Shown here piece by piece: positions 57,761-64,000 of a DNA stretch of 64,000 bases; position 1 is the first letter of the stretch; the number at the start of each line of letters is the position of its first letter. Made by a program: the position numbers and the translations under genes. The DNA is taken from NCBI GenBank assembly GCA_026023565.1, contig JAPETS010000027.1, positions 62,001 to 126,000 on the forward strand. Direction: 5' to 3'. Source of the DNA: Cirrosporium novae-zelandiae (Eukaryota). The notes under the pieces were generated by a model, which was not told the origin of the DNA, searched no databases, and saw only the letters and a program-made list of their open reading frames with translations.

Positions 57761-60041
57761 ACATCATTGCAAAATCACACAAAGAGAGGCGGTGGGGAAT
57801 ACTGCAGGATTGTTATCGACAAGAGATTAGAAGATGATCCCACGCCTTCAAGGACATCCAAGAATACCCAAGAACATGTTTAATCTCATCCAGAAAAGGT
57901 TTGATATTGATGACCAGCCAACCAAGATGAAACAACGGGGGGCCTCTACGAGGATAACTAATTATCAAACGCAGTCGTCGTCAGATTGGCTGGCTCGTCA
58001 AATTGGCAAATAAGGAATAAGGCTGCAAGGCATAGCTGACTTTATCGGTAGCCCCAAGCCCCAAGAAGGGCCCTTAAGGACCCTAAAGATGCACCAAGCT
58101 GCTGCAGGTGCCAACCACTGCCGGCAGCTTTCAACAGTTTTTACCAACTAAGCAAGGATCTACCCGGTTTTCAGCCGAAATAGCAACCCATCTTTCGGCG
58201 CCTGGAACCACGGTTCCTTTAGCTAAAACAAATTCTGTACAGGGAAGTCTTCACCACCATCAATCATTGGAGCATATCCCTCTGGATCACAACCCCTAAA
58301 GGAAATGATAACATTTCGGAAGGAAAATTTGCTACAATCAACCTAACTAAATCGTGCCAGATCGCCTAACTCTAGGGTAGCTGAAAATAGCCCACAACGG
58401 TCCGTGGCGATCATAGTCGATTGTGGGTTTATCAAAATTCAAAAATTTCCCCTGGTGATATAAAAGGCCTAATCTTTACATGAAAAGATTTTCAAAACTA
58501 TACCTCTCAATGGCTTCTCTTCCAAATGTCTAGAATTTCGATTATTTGTGGAGAAAATTGATACGCTACTTTATAGCATATTCATCGTTTGTGACAGCTA
58601 TGGGATAGTAGTTGTTGAAAGGAATGAGCCCATGAATTACAACTGGAATCACTTCACTGTCAAGACGAGATACTGGTCCGCGACTCATCTTATATTTTCA
58701 AGATTGAGCTAGTTGAGGGCGTCGACGCATATCCAGTCTCTTTTCCCCGAAACAGAATATTTAATGGCTAATTATTTGTCATAGGGAAATTAACCAAACC
58801 TAGAACAGAAGGCTCTTAAACGGTATTAGCACAATGCATTAAGCGTGTAGGGGATTCTTGAGTTGCAGATTCCTAGAAAAGTCGCTGGCAATGATAAGAG
58901 CGACAGAAACTTACCACTCGGTATTGTAAATGCTGCTTTCCTGAAAAGGATACTCAATCGGATACCAAGTGGGACTAATCGCTTCAGTGCAATGCAGTCT
59001 CTGTCTGGAGTGATCCAAGAGGATTAACCTGGTGGATAACACAGTCTGAAAGATATATGCTGAAAAGAAGGACGCGCCTATGGTGCTCTCCTAAATTATG
59101 AGTCTCAAGACAATGAAGGAGGAGCTTGTAGTCTTAAATAAGGATATAAAGAGTTCTTGCGCCTTACATCTTATATAGGCAAATTATAGTCACTGGAGGC
59201 TAGATAAATATTTTGATTCCTAACTTATAGCCTTGTGGAAGCAGCCAATAGAAGGTGAAATGGGAATAGGAAAACCGCTACCTACTATTTGTGCGTTGAC
59301 GTGAAGTTTAGCTATGATAAATTTTCTTCGTCTCGAAGCCAGTCTTATAGTAAATATCTACCATGATACTGTACAGTAGACTATAGGAGAAACTATCTTT
59401 TCTAAATAGACTGATTGCTTAGTCCCTATAACCCTCGATCTAACCAGGGGCTCTATCTTTTACTTGAGCGGTTCCCTCTACCAACATTTCCTATCTTTAT
59501 AGTGCTTTACAAGTATTAAGTTCTTCAATGACATGTGAATAAATATATTATATCCTCCTCTAATACCTTCATTAGCATTAGAAAATATGGGATCTGAGTA
59601 CCACCTGGGCACATAGATTAGCAATTAAACTTTTATTTTTTTTACTTCTCGGTGAACAGGAACCCGAGATTCCTACGCCACACAACCTCCAGCTCCGAAA
59701 ATATCATCTGCGAAGCTAATTAATTTAATTATTTCTCGAGGAATCGGATTCTTTTTCTTCATTCTCTTTACATAAGACTGACGGTTCTACTAGCTGACTG
59801 AGATTAGATCTTTCCACTCTTTCCATCCTTGTCCCTTGTCTGAAACTACGTGACATTTTCTTTTTTTGCTCAGTTATCCCCCCGCAATCGGCGCACAAAG
59901 CACAGTGATTCAAACGCGCAAATTCTTCATCTGGCTCGAGCCCAACCATCTGTGTCACTGCTTCTATATTCTAAACTCTTTAACCCCAGATTTCTTTTGT
60001 TTCATTCCGTTTAAGCTCGGGTTTGCCTTGTCTCTCTCACC

Positions 60042-61967
60042 ATGGAGCATTCACTACTCGAGGCACTCTTGCCAGAACCAAGAGTTCTCATAATCATGAC
60101 CGGAGGAACAATATGTATGAAGAAGTCTCCAAATGGTCTAATACCGGCGCGAGGATTTCTGGAATCTGGCTTAGCTCCCCGACCATCGTTCAATGATGGA
60201 TCAAATCCAGATCCCATTGTTGTGAAGGTTGATGACACCGATATTCAATACCATCGAAGTCTTCGGACACCGGCCAGCAGATACGACAAGCGTGTAATAT
60301 ATACGGTCTTGGAGTTTGAGACCCTTCTTGATAGTAGTTCTATCAGTGCCAAGGGCTGGGATGAGATTGCACAATCAATCTTTCGTAACTATACCCTATT
60401 TGATGCCTTTGTCGTGCTGCATGGGACGGATAGTATGGCATACACATGCTCCGCACTAAGCTTCATGTTACAAAATCTAGGAAAGCCAGTGATTCTTACC
60501 GGTTCTCAAGCGCCTATGATGGAATTATACAACGATGCTACCGACAACCTGCTCGGGTCTCTAATCATCGCTGGTCATTTCATGATCCCCGAGGTTTGTT
60601 TATTCTTCAACTACAAACTCTTTCGTGGAAATAGGACAACCAAGGTGTCAGCAAGTGACTTTGGTGCTTTTGATTCACCAAACTTCCCTCCCCTGGCATC
60701 GATAACTTCAATGCAAACCAAAGTTATCTGGGACCAGGTTTTTCCACCTACCCATATCGAACCATTCTCCATTCAGTTGAGCCTTGATACAGCACATGTG
60801 GCTAGCCTTCGCATCTTTCCTGGGATTCGACCCGAAATGGTAGATTCAGTTCTACATATGGATGGACTTCGAGGTTTGATTTTAGAAACCTTTGGGGCTG
60901 GAAATGCTCCCGGTGGTCCTGACAGCGAAATGACCCAAGTGATTGCTAACGGAGTGAAAAGAGGCATTGTCATAGTGAATATTACCCAGTGTAAGTTTGT
61001 CCATCATTCGTAGACTTTATATGTACATGGACCCCTCTCCTAGATAGGTTTCCTTCTGAGTACTTAGAGTAGAGGCGTGGAAAGACACCTCTCTTGAAAC
61101 TAACGAGGATAGATATCCACATTATGTTTTTGCTACTTGTACGTTGTTCGTAATGGAGTGCTGATTTTCGTTATAGGCCTTAAAGGAACCGTGAAGGCTC
61201 TTTACGAATCAGCTATGGTTCTTGAAAGGGTTGGGGTGGTTTCTGGTAATGACATGACAACCGAGGCCGCTCTCACAAAGTTATCATACCTTCTTGCGCT
61301 GCCAAACGCGACGTCGGATAATGTTGCCAGGCAAATGTCGACATCTATTGCTGGAGAATTGACGGAGACATCTCAGGTTGAATTCTCACACCCAAGCGGT
61401 GTCCTTACTCCTCGTCTAACGAAATTGTCGGTACTTGGTTATGCCATTGCTCAAGGAGATCTTGGAGGAGTTCAAGAAGCTACCAAGCACGAAAAATTCT
61501 GGCTTTTGAATGAACCAGATTATTCAGGGAATACACCGTTGGTATGTGAACCCGGTCGGGAGGTCATAGACCAAGGCAGTCAGAGTGTTGCAGTGTCCTA
61601 GGGGGATATCTCAGTCTGTCCGGAAAGGGTACCCACCGTGACTTGCTTCGGCCAACCTTTACCAGAAGGCAACTCATGAAAGGGCTAACACGTCTTACAG
61701 CATCTGGCAGCCATGGGGCCAAACATCGAAATTTTACGGGATCTCCTTAAAGGAGGAGCATCTGTCCATATTCGTAATCGAGACGGTCATACGCCATTAT
61801 ATTTAGCAGCAAATGCAGGACTTGGAGAGCATGTGGCGTTGCTGCTGAAATCCGGAGCGCATCTCCATCCAGAAGAGGTTGGTATGGCAAAAAGACATAC
61901 TCGAGACCATGCTGCTGTGTGGAAGCTTGTTGGAGTAGACCTAGCAGGAGTACAGACGACAGAGTAG
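60042..61967 (+). CDS. Cytosolic type I L-asparaginase with C-terminal ankyrin repeats (ASPG/60 kDa lysophospholipase-like)
   Basis: TGGTI, LLDSS, VLHGTDSMAY, ILTGSQ, RGNRTTK and ETFGAGN; ankyrin motifs GNTPLHLAA and GHTPLYLAA. Introns 60991-61176 and 61542-61700. Confidence 0.93.
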
Positions 61968-63490
61968 ATGGACTTTTGCCGGTACTTGATGCTGGAAGCC
62001 AATGCCCAGAATAGAGGAAGGGCTACGGAAAAGAACGATGGATGAGATGGCCTTGGAAATGGGGCAAATATCGAAGCGAGGGCACGTCGAGTGCAGGTGA
62101 CTAAGGGCGATCATTGCCAATATTACGAGTTGGATTATTTTGGATAGACTTATTTGATTGCAGAATTACGAGGTGAGCCACTTGGGAAGATGCAACGTCT
62201 CACAGTATGGTTCTTGGGGATGTCTTCGGCAACTGTGCTGGCTGCAGGTTCGCCCAGAAGGAAGGCGGTTCGTGTTTTGATTGAGATTGGCTATAACAGG
62301 ATTCTCGGCCCGTTTCAGATGGGGTTGTACTTCAATCCGCGGAAATGTCTTGGTCAGAAGAGCGGCGCATGAAAACAACACACATGGGCTCATGGGGGTC
62401 TCTCTCTCCAGGATTCAATTACATACATGCATACATGATGCTAACGATCCCCACAATGAATCCAGATGATGGTGCATGCAAGGGTATTCTGTAAGGCCAC
62501 ATGGAGGCAATGAATGGTGTAGGGAGGAAGAAGGCCCTCAAGCCCCCACCTTGCTGGACAAGTAGAAACCAAGGAAGAAGAGAAAGTTATGTAAGTAAAT
62601 GTCAATAAATGGGACCAACAATAACGAGAGTCGTCTATTTTGTCTATTTTGTCTATTTTGTCTAAATTTGCAATTCAACAGATTTATAAAATGATCGAAT
62701 GTGGACGGTGTGTGCCGAGACTTGTCCGGAGTAGGCAAGTAGTTCAAATTACACGGCAGCCACAGAGCCCAGAAGTTTGGAATGGACTCGGGGGGTTTTG
62801 AGAGACTTATTTCCCCGCATTCTGGTTGAACCGCAGTCCTGTTGTGCTTCAGTCCCCCCCCCCCTCTCTCCCTCTCTCTCTCCTGTTCTTCATCATCATC
62901 ATCACGCCAAGGTGAACCATTCATCTTTTTTAGCCACATGGCATCTTTCTTCCCTCACTTTCTTCCTTCCTCTCCTCCATTGTTCCCTCTCTCTCTCTCT
63001 CTCTCTCTCTTTTCTTGTTTTTTTCTCCTCTTTTTTCCATCATCAATATTCATCATAATCAATTGGAATTGTGTCATTTGGTCGAGATCTTATTATTATT
63101 ACTATTTATTAAAACAAGAATCAAGTGTAACCCCCCTCCCTCTAAAGACTGGGACGCTCTAAAAAAAAAGGTTGAGTTAGAATACTCGATGGATGATGAT
63201 TCATAGGCTATCAAGAGAGAGAGAGAGGGCTTACCCGTCGGACCGCCAAAGGCTAATTGGAAAGTCCGAATGAAACCAAATACGATGATGACACGTCCGG
63301 AAGAGTCGAAAAAGGAAAAAAGGTGGAGCAAATGGAAATGGAAGAAAAGTTTGAATCGCTCATCCGACCTTTGACAAATTTGAAGAAGAAATGAGGGGAT
63401 TGGGGAGGGGGGGAGAAAGAGTAGTAATAGTAGTATTGGTGGTGGTGAGTAGACCGATAGGTAGTCTCATAATAATACATGATCAATGGA

Positions 63491-63552
63491 TAGTCATGGT
63501 AGTCATGGTAGTCATAGTAGTCATAGTGGTCATAGTATTGTCGTAGTCATGG
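63491..63552. repeat. Degenerate 9-bp tandem repeat (TAGTCATGG-like)
   Basis: About 6-7 degenerate units seen directly. Confidence 0.75.
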
Positions 63553-64000
63553 GGAGTCGATGGTGATGAGAATGATGATAGTGCAAAAAGTTGACCGCTC
63601 CCAACGGCAGTTCAGGGTAATTTTGATTACAAATGTTACCGCTTGTTACGTAAACCCTTGGGGAATTTTTCTCTATAGACCTGTCAAGCAGATTCCAGCC
63701 AAAAAAGCTTTTAGAATTTTTGACACTTGGGGGGGAAGGAAGCCAGGGATAACAAAGAAAAGGTCTGCAAGGTATAATTAATGGGGTAATGGTCCATGGA
63801 TGATGCAGGGGGACCGAGGATCATGATATAATTTCCCTTGGTCCCTAGGCACAAGAAGGAAAGTCCAGGAGCATTAGATTTGTTAGTGTCGGAATAAGAT
63901 GTGAGTTGGTGTATTAGTATGGGTCTGCTGAGTATCAATAATGACTAAGAGTAAATTCGGTATTGGACGGGTAAAGGCATCATGTCTGGGTTGTTGTTGT

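Noticed and set aside
11870..61967. QNS1, ADE6 and asparaginase as an amide-nitrogen gene cluster
   Set aside because: They are spread over 50 kb and interleaved with unrelated housekeeping genes.
62000..64000. Short ORFs at the window end, and similar ones at 2800-4600, 17000-18200 and 24000-25700
   Set aside because: Products of microsatellite and low-complexity DNA, with no protein-like motifs.
1..64000. Intact transposon, Starship captain, secondary-metabolite cluster, tRNA/rRNA or TPP riboswitch
   Set aside because: No transposase, RT, tyrosine recombinase, PKS/NRPS or RNA consensus motifs were recognised by eye. Small RNAs could have been missed without covariance-model searches.

Overview
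Eukaryotic nuclear DNA from a filamentous ascomycete (Pezizomycotina). This is supported by short GT-AG introns with CTAAC/CTGAC branch points, fungal orthologues and microsatellite-rich spacers. Recognisable genes are CTK1, QNS1 head-to-head with NPY1, an AA9 LPMO, TLG1 head-to-head with a METTL25/RRNAD1-like methyltransferase, a BTB protein, RTS1 head-to-head with TFC1, ADE6, an LCCL membrane protein, a DUF1996 protein and an ankyrin-type L-asparaginase. Between them lie orphan ORFs (314 aa, 826 aa multi-TM, 330 aa HExxH) and decayed relics (DUF3716-like, HeLo-like, kinase N-terminal-like). I recognised no rRNA, tRNA, CRISPR array, intact transposon or biosynthetic cluster. The most notable observations are: (1) QNS1 intron 12 has no frame-restoring AG acceptor and must end in GG as written; (2) NAD synthesis and NAD(H) hydrolysis genes share a bidirectional promoter; (3) the AA9 has its second-sphere His replaced by Tyr; (4) a 39-bp inverted repeat has only G:U-compatible mismatches. 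All family calls are by-eye motif recognition; no database searches were run.
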